Origin: Pseudomonadota bacterium
GTDB taxonomy: Bacteria > Pseudomonadota > Alphaproteobacteria > MPNO01 > UBA830
NCBI GenBank assembly: GCA_036136335.1
Contig: JAYZQT010000032.1
Span: 123,038-187,037, forward strand
Direction: 5' to 3'
DNA: 64,000 nucleotides
Shown: positions 1 to 9,385 of the stretch, piece after piece
Numbering within the stretch: position 1 is the stretch's first letter
Layout: every line of letters begins with the position of its first letter
The notes under the pieces: generated by a model
The model's database searches: none
Seen by the model: the letters and a program-made list of their open reading frames with translations, nothing else
What the model was told of the DNA's origin: nothing
Translations under genes and position numbers: made by a program

Positions 1-869
1 GATGTTCCCGATGGGGTGTTGTGGCGTTTGCTTCCTCACTCGATCAGGCGGGGCCCCTTGCGCGGACAGTTCGTGATGCTGCCATTTTGTTGCGCGGCAT
101 GGCAGGCTTTGATTCAAAGGACTCAACGTCTGCCAACGTCGCGGTGCCCGACTTTCAGTCTACACTGACGGAAGGCGTCAAAGGTCTCCGTGTGGGCATC
201 CCATCCGAGTATGCCGTCGATGGAATGAGCAGGGAAATTCGCACTCTTTGGGATAATGGGAAGAACTGGCTGGAGAAGGCTGGCGCCAAACTTGTCGAAA
301 TAAGTTTGCCACACACAAAGTATGCCCTGCCAGCGTATTATATTATAGCGCCGGCTGAAGCTTCTTCGAACCTCGCCCGTTACGATGGTGTCCGCTATGG
401 CCGCCGCGAAGAAGGTAAGGATCTGATCGAAGTATATGAAAACACCCGCGCCCGGGGCTTTGGCCCGGAGGTGCGGCGGCGCATATTGATTGGGACCTAT
501 GCGCTTTCCTCGGGTTATTACGATGCCTATTACCTCAAGGCGCAAAAAGTTCGGGCGTTAATAGCCCGTGACTTTGAAACCGTTTATGAGAGTTGTGACT
601 TGATTTTGACACCAACGACACCGGGTCCAGCGTTTGCAATCGGTGAGAAATCTGACGACCACATTGCCATGTATTTTAACGACGTATTGACCGTGCCTGC
701 CTCGCTATCGGGACTTCCTGCCATTTCCGTACCAGCGGGATTATCGGACGATGGCTTGCCGCTGGGTCTCCACCTCATAGGCAAGGCATTTGACGAGGTG
801 ACAATGTTTCGGGCCGCCCAAGTACTGGAAGACGCGGCCGGCTTTGATTCTTCACTGTGTTTAATATGA
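1..869 (+). CDS. gatA: Asp-tRNA(Asn)/Glu-tRNA(Gln) amidotransferase subunit A, C-terminal part (5' end lies outside the window)
   Basis: The open frame runs from the window edge to TGA at 867-869. The translation has GatA-type C-terminal blocks ([38 protein letters not shown]), and gatB follows about 330 nt downstream. Confidence 0.9.
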   Translation, partial: CSRWGVVAFASSLDQAGPLARTVRDAAILLRGMAGFDSKDSTSANVAVPDFQSTLTEGVKGLRVGIPSEYAVDGMSREIRTLWDNGKNWLEKAGAKLVEISLPHTKYALPAYYIIAPAEASSNLARYDGVRYGRREEGKDLIEVYENTRARGFGPEVRRRILIGTYALSSGYYDAYYLKAQKVRALIARDFETVYESCDLILTPTTPGPAFAIGEKSDDHIAMYFNDVLTVPASLSGLPAISVPAGLSDDGLPLGLHLIGKAFDEVTMFRAAQVLEDAAGFDSSLCLI

Positions 870-884
870 GGGTACATCGCGAAC

Positions 885-1193
885 ATGCAGTCCGTATGGT
901 ATGTGCTTATCCACGTCAGTCTAGGGTTGATTGGCTGGAAACTTTTCGTCGTTACCAACCTGGGCGTCCTTGCCGCATTCGCTGTCTGTGCGGCGGTTCA
1001 GTCTTGGCCAATGTACGAGTTGTATCGGCTCACGTGGGGAAAGTTTTACGATATGCGTGGTCGGATAGCAGGCGAAGGCGACCGTCGCAAAGAAACCCGT
1101 GCATATTGGCTGCGCATGGGGCGGTTGTTGTTTTTTCGATCCTGCGCGTACACGTTTCTGACACTCGTCGCTGCCTGGCTGATGAGAGGATAG
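885..1193 (+). CDS. small hydrophobic membrane protein of unknown function, wedged between gatA and gatB
   Basis: A 102-aa ORF with two or three hydrophobic helices ([32 protein letters not shown]; [19 protein letters not shown]). Its TAG (1191-1193) sits 1 nt before the gatB ATG. An alternative-frame ORF (857-1198) looks non-protein-like. Confidence 0.45.
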   Translation: MQSVWYVLIHVSLGLIGWKLFVVTNLGVLAAFAVCAAVQSWPMYELYRLTWGKFYDMRGRIAGEGDRRKETRAYWLRMGRLLFFRSCAYTFLTLVAAWLMRG

Positions 1194-1194
1194 A

Positions 1195-2649
1195 ATGATG
1201 AGTGTGATAAAGGGCCGGACCGGAGACTGGGAAATCGTGATAGGCTTGGAGGTTCATGCCCAGGTCACCTCCAAATCCAAACTTTTCTCCGGAGCGGCCA
1301 CGGAATTTGGAGCAAAACCAAATTCCCAGGTTTCATTGGTAGATGCTGCGATGCCCGGCATGCTCCCGGTAATAAACAAACGCGCAGTGGAACAGGCAGT
1401 GAAAACCGGTCTTGGCCTTAACGCCAAGATAAACCTGTTTTCTGTCTTTGATCGCAAGAACTATTTCTATCCGGATTTGCCGCAGGGTTATCAAATTTCC
1501 CAATATCTGGATCCAGTAGTTGGAGAGGGTGAGGTTGCGATTGATCTTGAAGATGGATCCAGCAGGATTATCCGTATAACGCGACTGCATCTTGAGCAGG
1601 ATGCCGGTAAGTCGATCCACGATCAGGATCCGGGTAAAACGTTGATCGACCTTAATCGTTCCGGCGTTGCTTTGATGGAAATCGTTTCCGAGCCTGACAT
1701 GCGTTCCCCGGAGGAAGCAGGCGCGTATCTGACGAAAATACGATCGATCCTCCGATATCTCGGGACCTGTGACGGTAACATGCAGGAAGGATCGATGCGC
1801 GCAGATGTAAACGTCTCGGTTCGCAAATTAGGAGAGGATTTGGGGGTCCGTTGCGAAATAAAGAATGTAAATTCCATTCGGTTTGTATGTCAGGCTATAG
1901 AATATGAAGCCAACCGCCAGATTCAAATAATTGAAGACGGTGGAAACATAGATCAGGAAACTCGACTATTCGATCCCGATCGAGGGGAAACCCGTCCCAT
2001 GCGCACAAAAGAGGAAGCGCATGACTACCGGTATTTTCCTGATCCTGATCTGCTGCCTCTCGAGATCGAACAAAGCTGGGTTAACGCAATCCAGGAGACC
2101 CTCCCGGAACTGCCCGATCAAAAACAGGAGAGATTTGTTACGCAGTATGGATTGAGTCAAACCGATGCCCACAAGCTTGTGGCCGAGCGGGAAACGGCGG
2201 ATTTTTTTGAAGTAGTTGCTGCGGCGCGAGATCCTCGCATTTCGGCTAACTGGGTAACCGGGGAACTATTCGGCGCACTGAACAGAACCAGTACCGAAAT
2301 CTCATCTTCACCGGTCAGCGCCGCCCAACTTGGGACGCTCGTCGATCTAATCATCGACGGCACGGTGTCGAACCGCCTGGCAAAGGAAGTTTTTGAAATC
2401 ATGTACGAGACCGGTGAAGGTCCTGCAGAGATAATTGAAAAACGTGGCATGAAACAGGTGACGGATATCGGCGAGATTGAGGGAGCCGTGGATGAGGCAA
2501 TTGCTTTGGGCGCGCCGCAAGTTGAGCAATACCGCCGCGGAAATGAAAAGGTATTCGGCTGGTTTGTGGGGCAGGTGATGAAAGCAACTCAAGGCAAAGC
2601 CAATCCAAAAACCGTTACTGAGCTTCTCCGTAAAAAGCTGGAGAACTGA
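1195..2649 (+). CDS. gatB: Asp-tRNA(Asn)/Glu-tRNA(Gln) amidotransferase subunit B
   Basis: A 484-aa protein with canonical GatB blocks ([39 protein letters not shown]) and a C-terminal YqeY/GatB tail. The RBS GAGAGGA precedes the ATG. Confidence 0.95.
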   Translation: MMSVIKGRTGDWEIVIGLEVHAQVTSKSKLFSGAATEFGAKPNSQVSLVDAAMPGMLPVINKRAVEQAVKTGLGLNAKINLFSVFDRKNYFYPDLPQGYQISQYLDPVVGEGEVAIDLEDGSSRIIRITRLHLEQDAGKSIHDQDPGKTLIDLNRSGVALMEIVSEPDMRSPEEAGAYLTKIRSILRYLGTCDGNMQEGSMRADVNVSVRKLGEDLGVRCEIKNVNSIRFVCQAIEYEANRQIQIIEDGGNIDQETRLFDPDRGETRPMRTKEEAHDYRYFPDPDLLPLEIEQSWVNAIQETLPELPDQKQERFVTQYGLSQTDAHKLVAERETADFFEVVAAARDPRISANWVTGELFGALNRTSTEISSSPVSAAQLGTLVDLIIDGTVSNRLAKEVFEIMYETGEGPAEIIEKRGMKQVTDIGEIEGAVDEAIALGAPQVEQYRRGNEKVFGWFVGQVMKATQGKANPKTVTELLRKKLEN

Positions 2650-2773
2650 TTATGCATACGCACGGTGGGGCTATTCAGGCCTCTGCTTTCTTACACTCAT
2701 CCTTTCGCACCAGGCTGCCCTCTCAATTGTTCCGAGCCTATATATTTGACATTCAACGTGAAGGACCCAGCAA

Positions 2774-3499
2774 ATGATTGATGTCTACACCTGGCCAACC
2801 CCAAATGGTCACAAGGTGCACATACTCCTTCAGGAAGCAGAGATCGAACACAACATCATTCCCATAAACATCCAGGAAGGTGATCAGTTCAGACCTGATT
2901 TCCTAAAGATTAGCCCCAATAATAAAATGCCAGCCATTGTTGATCCGGATGGGCCCAATGGCAAACCAATCTCGGTGTTTGAATCAGCTGCCTGTCTGAT
3001 CTACTTGGCGAACAAGTCAGGCAAATTTTTGCCGCAGGATAAACACAGCTATTATGACGTTATGCAATGGCTGTTTTTTCAGATGGGATCGGTTGGCCCA
3101 ATGCTTGGACAGTGTCACCACTTCAATGCTTACGCGCCACTGCGTGAGCCTATGGAGCGTCTGCAGTATGGAGTTGATCGTTATGTAAGCGAAGGAAACC
3201 GGATTTATGGCGTCATCAATACGCGGTTAGAGGGGCGGGAATGGATCGCAGCAGATGAATATACGATAGCTGACATGGCGATAATGCCGTGGCTCCGTGA
3301 TCCGGCGAAGCAAGGAATTGATATCGCCAAATATCCTAATCTTATGCGTTGGCGCGACAAGATATGGAAGCGTCCACAGGTCATGACTGCACTGGAAACG
3401 CTTGCCGAGAACCGGCGCAAGGATAACAGCTTCACCGAAAAATCGTGGGAACTTATGTATGGTAAAACTCAGGTTAACCAGGGGCAGCAGGCGGATTAA
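2774..3499 (+). CDS. yfcG: Nu-class glutathione S-transferase (YfcG-like GSH-dependent disulfide reductase)
   Basis: The translation is close by eye to E. coli YfcG: MIDVYTWPTPNGHKV, FRPDFLKISPNNKMPAIVD, FESAACLIYLA, GPMLGQCHHF, TIADMAIMPW. Confidence 0.8.
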   Translation: MIDVYTWPTPNGHKVHILLQEAEIEHNIIPINIQEGDQFRPDFLKISPNNKMPAIVDPDGPNGKPISVFESAACLIYLANKSGKFLPQDKHSYYDVMQWLFFQMGSVGPMLGQCHHFNAYAPLREPMERLQYGVDRYVSEGNRIYGVINTRLEGREWIAADEYTIADMAIMPWLRDPAKQGIDIAKYPNLMRWRDKIWKRPQVMTALETLAENRRKDNSFTEKSWELMYGKTQVNQGQQAD

Positions 3500-3516
3500 G
3501 TTATAGAACCTGCTTC

Positions 3517-4182
3517 ATGATTGATCTTTATACTTACCGGACGTCCAACGGACGCAAGGTATCGATCATGCTGGAGGAATGCAGTCTGGAATATAACCTG
3601 CATGTCGTTGACATCACCTCGCAGGAGCAGGATCGACCCACCTTTCGCGCGCTTAATCCAAATGGACGCATTCCGGTAATAGTTGATAATGATGGACCGG
3701 ACGGCCGGCCGTTAGCGGTATTCGGATCTGGCGCGACACTTCTTTACTCGGCTGAAAAAGCCGACCGGTTTTTGCCTGTGGATCCTGGAGGGAAATGGGG
3801 TGCTTTACAGTGGTTGTTTTGGCAGGTGGGGAGTGTAGGCCCGAACTTCGGTCAGGCTTTTCACTTTCTGCATCAGTATCCTGCGAATACACCGCAAGTT
3901 TCTCTGGAATATGGCAGGGACCGATATCTCGGAGAGATACGCAGGCTTTGCATGGTGATGGACAACCGTCTCGGAAAGGCCAGATTTTTGGCGGGCGCCG
4001 AATATTCCATAGCCGACATCGCGACTTTTCCGTGGATTGCCATTCATAAGTGGCTTGGAATAGATCTTTTTAACACGCCACACCTTCGGAGGTGGTATGA
4101 CGTTATTCGGCGTAGGTCCGCTGTTCGTCGTGGAATGGATGTGCCGTCCCGTCCCGTCCCGTCCCGTCAACAGATAGCCTGA
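3517..4182 (+). CDS. second Nu-class (YfcG-like) glutathione S-transferase, tandem paralogue
   Basis: It has the same block structure as the upstream GST (MIDLYTYRTSNGRKV, LNPNGRIPVIVD, WLFWQVGSVGPNFGQAFHF, SIADIATFPW). The C-terminal tail is encoded by a pentanucleotide repeat. Confidence 0.8.
   Translation: MIDLYTYRTSNGRKVSIMLEECSLEYNLHVVDITSQEQDRPTFRALNPNGRIPVIVDNDGPDGRPLAVFGSGATLLYSAEKADRFLPVDPGGKWGALQWLFWQVGSVGPNFGQAFHFLHQYPANTPQVSLEYGRDRYLGEIRRLCMVMDNRLGKARFLAGAEYSIADIATFPWIAIHKWLGIDLFNTPHLRRWYDVIRRRSAVRRGMDVPSRPVPSRQQIA
4144..4168. repeat. pentanucleotide microsatellite (CCGTC)x5 inside the 3' end of the second GST gene
   Basis: A direct read of gtg CCGTC CCGTC CCGTC CCGTC CCGTC aac. 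It encodes PSRPVPSR just before the stop codon. Confidence 0.95.
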
Positions 4183-4314
4183 AAAACACTGTCTGGTAAA
4201 CAATGCTCAGGGGGGACAACGATCGGCCTCACACCTGAAGGTGATGTGGAGACAAGGAGGGAGAATGATTATACTCGCTCAGTATTACTCTCTCCTTAAT
4301 CATAAGGAACACCA

Positions 4315-4872
4315 ATGTCCCGCCATCTACCTGTTACTCCAGAAACCATGACAGACGCACAAAGGAATATTCATGATGCCATAGCGAACGGCCCGCGGGG
4401 GCGTGTTCGTGGACCGTTTCCAGTGCTGCTACACAGTCCGCAGATGGCGGATCATGTTCAGAAGCTTGGCAGCTATATCCGTTATGAATGCCGTCTGCCC
4501 GATCGGCTGCGTGAACTTGCGGTTCTGGTAACATCAAGGTTCTGGGGAGCAGATTTTGAGTGGTTTGCGCACCATGAACTCGCCCGAAATGCCGGGATTC
4601 CGGACGCGGCAATCGAGGCCATCCGGACTGGCGGCGTGCCCACGTTCGACGACCCTGCAGATGAAGCAATATACGTGTTCTGTACGTCGTTGCATGAGAA
4701 CCACCAGGTCGATGATGCTACCTATCAGAAGGTTCAGACGTTGCTTGGACAAGAGGTGTTGACGGATCTGGTGGCAATGTCGGGCTATTACACGCTGCTT
4801 GCAATGACCCTGAATGTATACCAGGTACCTCTCCCGGATGGATCCCGCGCCTTTGATGCTGATTCAAACTGA
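4315..4872 (+). CDS. carboxymuconolactone decarboxylase (AhpD-like) family protein, paralogue 1
   Basis: A 185-aa protein with RGPFPVLLHSP ... LRELAVLVTSRFWGADFEWFAHHELA ... SGYYTLLAMTLN. It is clearly homologous to the ORFs at 31127 and 38362. Confidence 0.75.
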   Translation: MSRHLPVTPETMTDAQRNIHDAIANGPRGRVRGPFPVLLHSPQMADHVQKLGSYIRYECRLPDRLRELAVLVTSRFWGADFEWFAHHELARNAGIPDAAIEAIRTGGVPTFDDPADEAIYVFCTSLHENHQVDDATYQKVQTLLGQEVLTDLVAMSGYYTLLAMTLNVYQVPLPDGSRAFDADSN

Positions 4873-4966
4873 CTTGTCGATCGATGTCTTATCCCTTTCC
4901 CACAGTCAATTTTAACGTTTACACTGACACAGCGCCGTGAATTGTCATGGCGATGTGGGGGTTAAA

Positions 4967-6673
4967 ATGAAAAACTATCTCGACGGCGGTGAGGCGATCG
5001 TGGAGGCCTTTCGACGTCTCCAAATTGAATATGTCATCGCATCCCCGGGATCCGAGTGGGGCGCGGTATGGGAAGCTTTTGCCCGGCAGGATGCTAATGA
5101 ATTAGATGGTCCTACCTATCTAAGCTGCGCCCACGAGACACTCGCGGTTAATTTGGCGATGGGTTATACGGCGATGACGGGTCGCATGCAGGCGGTGATG
5201 TTGCACACCGGTGTTGGGTTGCTGCAGGGTTCTATGGGAATAGATGCTGCCAACCGCCAGGGAATTCCCATGGTTGTGGTATCAGGAGAATCCCTTACTT
5301 ATAGCGAAAAGGAAGGCTTCGAGCCGGGACCACAATGGCAGGGCGCGTTATCCGTAGTAGGGGGTCCGCACAGCCTGGTGGACCGTATTACCAAGTGGTC
5401 ACAGCCGGTCAGTAGTTCCTATACATTGCACGAACAGCTGATCCGCGCGGGTGAAATGGCACAGCGGCAGCCGGCGGGCCCGGTTTATATGTCGATCCCG
5501 ATCGAAACCATGCTGCATGAGTGGACGCCACCACAGGTTAAACGTGATGTACCCCCCGTGACCAGGTCGGTTCCACCGGCTGCTGACATGGCACGCGTTG
5601 TGGATATGCTGGTCGCCAGTGAAAATCCAGCCATAGTGGCTGAATCCATTGGTCGGGATGCAGATGGATATGCCGAATTAGTCGAGTTTGCCGAGCTACT
5701 CGCGGTACCGGTATCTGAATCGAACTGGATCGATTTTACGAACTTTCCAAAAGATAATTCCCTTTACCAGGGAATCGGCCCACAGGACTATTTACACGAG
5801 TCAGATGTGGTTTTGACACTTCGTGCGCGCACACCCTGGACCCCGCCGGGTAACAGACCTAAACGCGCAAAAATCATTAATATTGACGAGGCGCCGTTCC
5901 GGCCACACATGGTACATCAAAACCTGCAAGCAGATGTTTATCTTGAGGGCGATGCGGTTGCGACCCTGCGCGTTCTTACCGCAGAGATAAAGCTAAGGGG
6001 GCTAGAAGATAGGGTGATCGAGACACGTCGCGCGCGCTGGGAAGCGGGTCATGAGGAACTTGTCGCGCGCAGAGCGGATGCGGTTAAGGCGGCGCGGGAT
6101 AATGATACAATCACCCCCATAGGCCTATGTGCGACGATGACCGACGTACTTCCAGCGGAGGCAATTTATGTCGATGAAACCATCACACATCGGCGTGCGA
6201 TCATCGAACACCTCGGTTTTCAGGGACCGCAGAGCTTTTTTCACGTCTCATCGGGAGGTCTGGGGCAGGGTCTCGGTCTTGCGCTGGGTGTGAAGCTTGC
6301 CCGACGGGACCGACCGGTAGTATCCGTTATCGGCGATGGGTCTTTCATGTACAATCCCATTACGCAAAGTCTTGCGCTGTCAAAGCATGAAAATCTGCCG
6401 ATACTCATCGTGGTATTCAATAATAAAGGTTATTCCGCCATGCGGAGAGAACACCATGCCTACTATCCCGATGGTGTGGCAGCGGGTAACAACGCGTCAG
6501 TTGGCCATGACATCACTGATTTCAATTACGCTGAACTGGGCACCCCTTTTGGTTTTTATGGAAGTCGGGTCGAAAAACTTTCTGAGCTACCAGACGCGTT
6601 GGCCGAGGGTGCTGCTGCAATTGCTGATGGGCGCACTGCTATCCTCAATGTAATACTCGATGATGGACCCTGA
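4967..6673 (+). CDS. thiamine-diphosphate-dependent enzyme (acetolactate synthase / benzoylformate decarboxylase superfamily)
   Basis: The ThDP-binding motif IGDGSFMYN...NNKGY is present, with an N-terminal Pyr domain (GGEAIVEAFRRLQIEYVIASPGSE). The start is taken at ATG 4967 (MKNYLDGG), which follows a G-rich RBS. The ORF-track GTG at 4937 is also possible. Confidence 0.85.
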   Translation: MKNYLDGGEAIVEAFRRLQIEYVIASPGSEWGAVWEAFARQDANELDGPTYLSCAHETLAVNLAMGYTAMTGRMQAVMLHTGVGLLQGSMGIDAANRQGIPMVVVSGESLTYSEKEGFEPGPQWQGALSVVGGPHSLVDRITKWSQPVSSSYTLHEQLIRAGEMAQRQPAGPVYMSIPIETMLHEWTPPQVKRDVPPVTRSVPPAADMARVVDMLVASENPAIVAESIGRDADGYAELVEFAELLAVPVSESNWIDFTNFPKDNSLYQGIGPQDYLHESDVVLTLRARTPWTPPGNRPKRAKIINIDEAPFRPHMVHQNLQADVYLEGDAVATLRVLTAEIKLRGLEDRVIETRRARWEAGHEELVARRADAVKAARDNDTITPIGLCATMTDVLPAEAIYVDETITHRRAIIEHLGFQGPQSFFHVSSGGLGQGLGLALGVKLARRDRPVVSVIGDGSFMYNPITQSLALSKHENLPILIVVFNNKGYSAMRREHHAYYPDGVAAGNNASVGHDITDFNYAELGTPFGFYGSRVEKLSELPDALAEGAAAIADGRTAILNVILDDGP

Positions 6674-6885
6674 ACGGGCAAATGCTTGCGGCGTCCTATC
6701 GTTTGACGGAGGGACGGCCGAGTGCCTGAAGGTGTTGGCTTTCTATATAAGCATATTGAGAAATGTCTGAGGGGAATCACTTCCCATAAGCGAACCTCCT
6801 TAACAAATGGCGGAGCCCTGAGTGCATGCAATGAACCCGCTTATGGCGGCAACACCCCGACCTCCAGCCATTCTATCTGTTAGTC

Positions 6886-7176
6886 TTATTTGAAATCACC
6901 GGCTTCAGCCCGTGGCCCCAATACCCCGCCAATTGTTTCATCATCAACGATTGCGGTAACCTTAATTTCAATTAAACCATTCCAATCCAACGCCCAACCT
7001 GCCAGTGCGCCTCCGTTATCGGTCTCACATATGGCAAAGCCGCCCGACCCGTCGACATTGTGATATCTGGAGAGCATTTGAACCCCTTCGGGGGGCATGC
7101 CGCCAGTGGCCATAAACTTCGTTATTGTTTCGTTTCGTGCTTGCGGTGAGTGGGTCCAAGCCAAAGTGAAAAGCAT
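6886..7176 (-). CDS. DUF3303-like small protein
   Basis: A 96-aa protein, MLFTLAWTHSPQARNETITKFMATGGMPPEGVQML...WALDWNGLIEIKVTAIVDDE. A strong RBS (AAGGAGATTTTAT) lies in front of ATG 7176. The 235-aa ORF-track version is an unsupported upstream extension. Confidence 0.6.
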   Translation of the reverse strand: MLFTLAWTHSPQARNETITKFMATGGMPPEGVQMLSRYHNVDGSGGFAICETDNGGALAGWALDWNGLIEIKVTAIVDDETIGGVLGPRAEAGDFK

Positions 7177-7717
7177 ATAAAATCTCCTTGGAAAATTACT
7201 GAAAAGGCTACTGATAGGTGATAGCTCTGCACGATAGGCGCTTCTAAAAAGCACGGCAAGTGTCAGGCAGATGGTGGCAGTCACCTTTCTCATAAGGAAA
7301 GTCTGAAAGCGCCCAGGAATCTTGAGAAAACAAAAAGAGGCAACACAACTGTATCTGGTTATCCATCCAGAGTCAGAGCAATACGGTGGTGTATTGCCCG
7401 GACCGGAATCAATAATCATCCCGATGAAAGAAGCATTCCCTCCGATTGAAGTTAATTCAACATACACCAATATCATTATTGATGACTTTTTATCATGACC
7501 CACAACGGGGTTATCGGGAATCCGGAGTGCCCTCTCTGGGAGGCACGTGCCGTAGTCTAGTAAACTAAAATGCCTCACCCAGACGCCTGCCATGGTACGC
7601 TGGCTATGGTCTGGCGCCTAGGTAGATATGTAATTCACAGCCACCCTGAAGTATGTAAGGGTTTGGTTATGAAAAGATTAATTGCCACACTCAGTCTCAA
7701 ACATAGGGTTCAGACAA

Positions 7718-8098
7718 ATGCGATTGATATTCGGGATTATACTGGGCGGACTTTTGTATTTTGCTTATGACAGGGGATATGTAGACAAGTTTCTTTCAGA
7801 GCTTAATTTTGGGTCCGTGGACGAATTTCTTTCGTAGTTTGTTTTCACGACCGTAAAAATTTCAGATTTGAGCTGTGATGATATTGCCTCTGCCGCAAAA
7901 GGTGAGAAATTAAAAAATATGCTGGGAATGACTTTTAAAATAATGAAAGTCAAAAACCTTAGACAAATATCTAGAACAAAACAAAGTCTTGTCTGTTCCG
8001 GACGGGCAATGTTTGATGATGCAAAGAATAGAAATATTAAACTAAAAGTATTTAAAGATGAAGACGGAGATGTATTCTATCAATTCGGAGTTATGTAA
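7718..8098 (+). pseudogene. membrane-anchored small protein interrupted by a single in-frame TAG (7835-7837)
   Basis: ATG 7718 opens a 39-codon frame with a clean TM helix (MRLIFGIILGGLLYFAY), which ends at TAG. The same frame then continues open for 87 codons to TAA at 8098, and the ORF-track 7868-8098 ORF lies in this frame. Confidence 0.35.
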
Positions 8099-8133
8099 TT
8101 AAAATATTCAATATAGAAATCTCTGTTTGATGA

Positions 8134-8283
8134 ATTTATATTTATCAATTAGGTTCACGACAGTGCATTTTTGGCTATGCACTGACGCCTGAACTGAGTA
8201 TTCGGAAAATTTACCTAATCGGACACGCAGTCCTGCTTGAGAAGATGAGGTCCCGGAAGGTTATATTCCAGAACTTGGACTGA
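8134..8283 (+). pseudogene. startless 3' relic of a paralogue of the serine protease gene at 9753-11004
   Basis: The open frame translates ...LTPELSIRKIYLIGHAVLLEKMRSRKVIFQNLD*. The protease C-terminus reads ...SELGRMISDGTYYLSCWMTTAQIEKMRSKKVIFQNLD*. The nucleotide match continues about 35 nt past the stop codon. Confidence 0.55.
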
Positions 8284-8433
8284 GCAACATCACAGGCAGA
8301 ATCTTTCCCACTGGCCCCTTGGCTTGGAAATTAAATAGACCAATATTAAACACCAAGAATCATATTCATTTTGTAAATAATTCGTGCAATCGCCACCAGA
8401 TGAGGACCAATTTATGCAAGGGAAGCAATTGTT

Positions 8434-8745
8434 ATGAACATTTTACCAAGATTTTTTTGTGCGCTATTCCTTGTCTTGATGTTTATAGATGCACCTCTAT
8501 CTGGTCCGTTAGAAAATTTACTTTTAGTTGAGAAGGTTGAAAAGGCATCTAAAGCGGGAAATCTTGAATTAGCAGAGCGTCTGTTAAACAAGATTTCCGA
8601 CACCGCCATGCAAAATATTTTGTTAGTGGAACTTGGTTCAAAAGCTATCGAACTGAAAAAATGTGAAATGGCGGGACGTTTGATCGAAAAAGCGCCTACC
8701 ATGTCCAAACTAATTCTGAGAATGGAATACACTCAGAGGTGTTAG
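8434..8745 (+). CDS. hypothetical secreted helical protein
   Basis: A 103-aa ORF in the AT-rich islet with an N-terminal signal-like segment (MNILPRFFCALFLVLMFIDAP) followed by a K/E/L-rich helical sequence. I recognise no family. Confidence 0.4.
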   Translation: MNILPRFFCALFLVLMFIDAPLSGPLENLLLVEKVEKASKAGNLELAERLLNKISDTAMQNILLVELGSKAIELKKCEMAGRLIEKAPTMSKLILRMEYTQRC

Positions 8746-8909
8746 CATATAAAACTGGCACACGAACTTTAAACCTGTTCTGTGTATGTGTTGGTAATCG
8801 CCGGACAAAAAATTGGGACACTGTTTGGCACGAATATTGGAAATCGTTAGAGATATACTCACCTGAAGGCAGAGGACCTGGCGAAGAAACTGGGCTAGGA
8901 GGTATCACC

Positions 8910-9245
8910 ATGAAAAAGACCATCCTGACAGGTGCGTTCCTGGTCTTCCTTGGTATCTCGGGTGGTTCTTCTGCCACTTCCTACATATGTGGTGATCATG
9001 CCATCAGGCTCAATCTGGCTGATCAGACAGTGTCCATAACGGGTTTTTCAAAACCACAGCCAGTAGAGATCAGAACGCTTCCGATGACGAAGATAGAGAA
9101 TGGTTTTGAATGGACAGATGAGCCTCCCATCAAGGCCCGTCTTGACCTCATCAATATGGAAATACGCTATGGCTTCATAAAAGATGGGTGGGTGGACATA
9201 AGAAAGAAAAGAAAGTGTGCCAGGCCGGGTATCCTGAAGAAATAG
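8910..9245 (+). CDS. hypothetical secreted protein
   Basis: An internal ATG is preceded by the RBS TAGGAGGT. The signal peptide is MKKTILTGAFLVFLGISGGSSA and the mature part is about 90 aa. The ORF-track start at 8739 is unlikely to be real. Confidence 0.5.
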   Translation: MKKTILTGAFLVFLGISGGSSATSYICGDHAIRLNLADQTVSITGFSKPQPVEIRTLPMTKIENGFEWTDEPPIKARLDLINMEIRYGFIKDGWVDIRKKRKCARPGILKK

Positions 9246-9385
9246 GCAATGGATCTTATGAGCGGGAAGACTTAGCCCTTAAACTGGGTTGATAAGAAGA
9301 ATAAAGGAACAAGATCACAGTTCCTTACAATGTATACGCTCTATTCAATTATAGGACTGTTTTCTTAAAAGTGATTGTATTCAGA

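Noticed and set aside
857-1198. A 113-aa + strand ORF overlapping the gatA end and the gatB start.
   Set aside because: It is Arg/Cys-rich with an unprotein-like composition. The alternative frame (885-1193) gives clean TM helices and tidy spacing to gatB.
4255-4300. An imperfect palindrome, GGAGGGAGAATGATTATACTCGCTCAGTATTACTCTCTCC, upstream of the first CMD gene.
   Set aside because: The arms pair only partially (mismatches in 4 of 12 positions), so there is not enough to call an operator or hairpin.
6886-7593. A 235-aa minus-strand ORF in the six-frame track.
   Set aside because: Only the last 96 codons look like a protein (DUF3303-like), and they have their own strong RBS (AAGGAG) before ATG 7176. 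The upstream 139 codons are Cys/Trp-rich with no family features.
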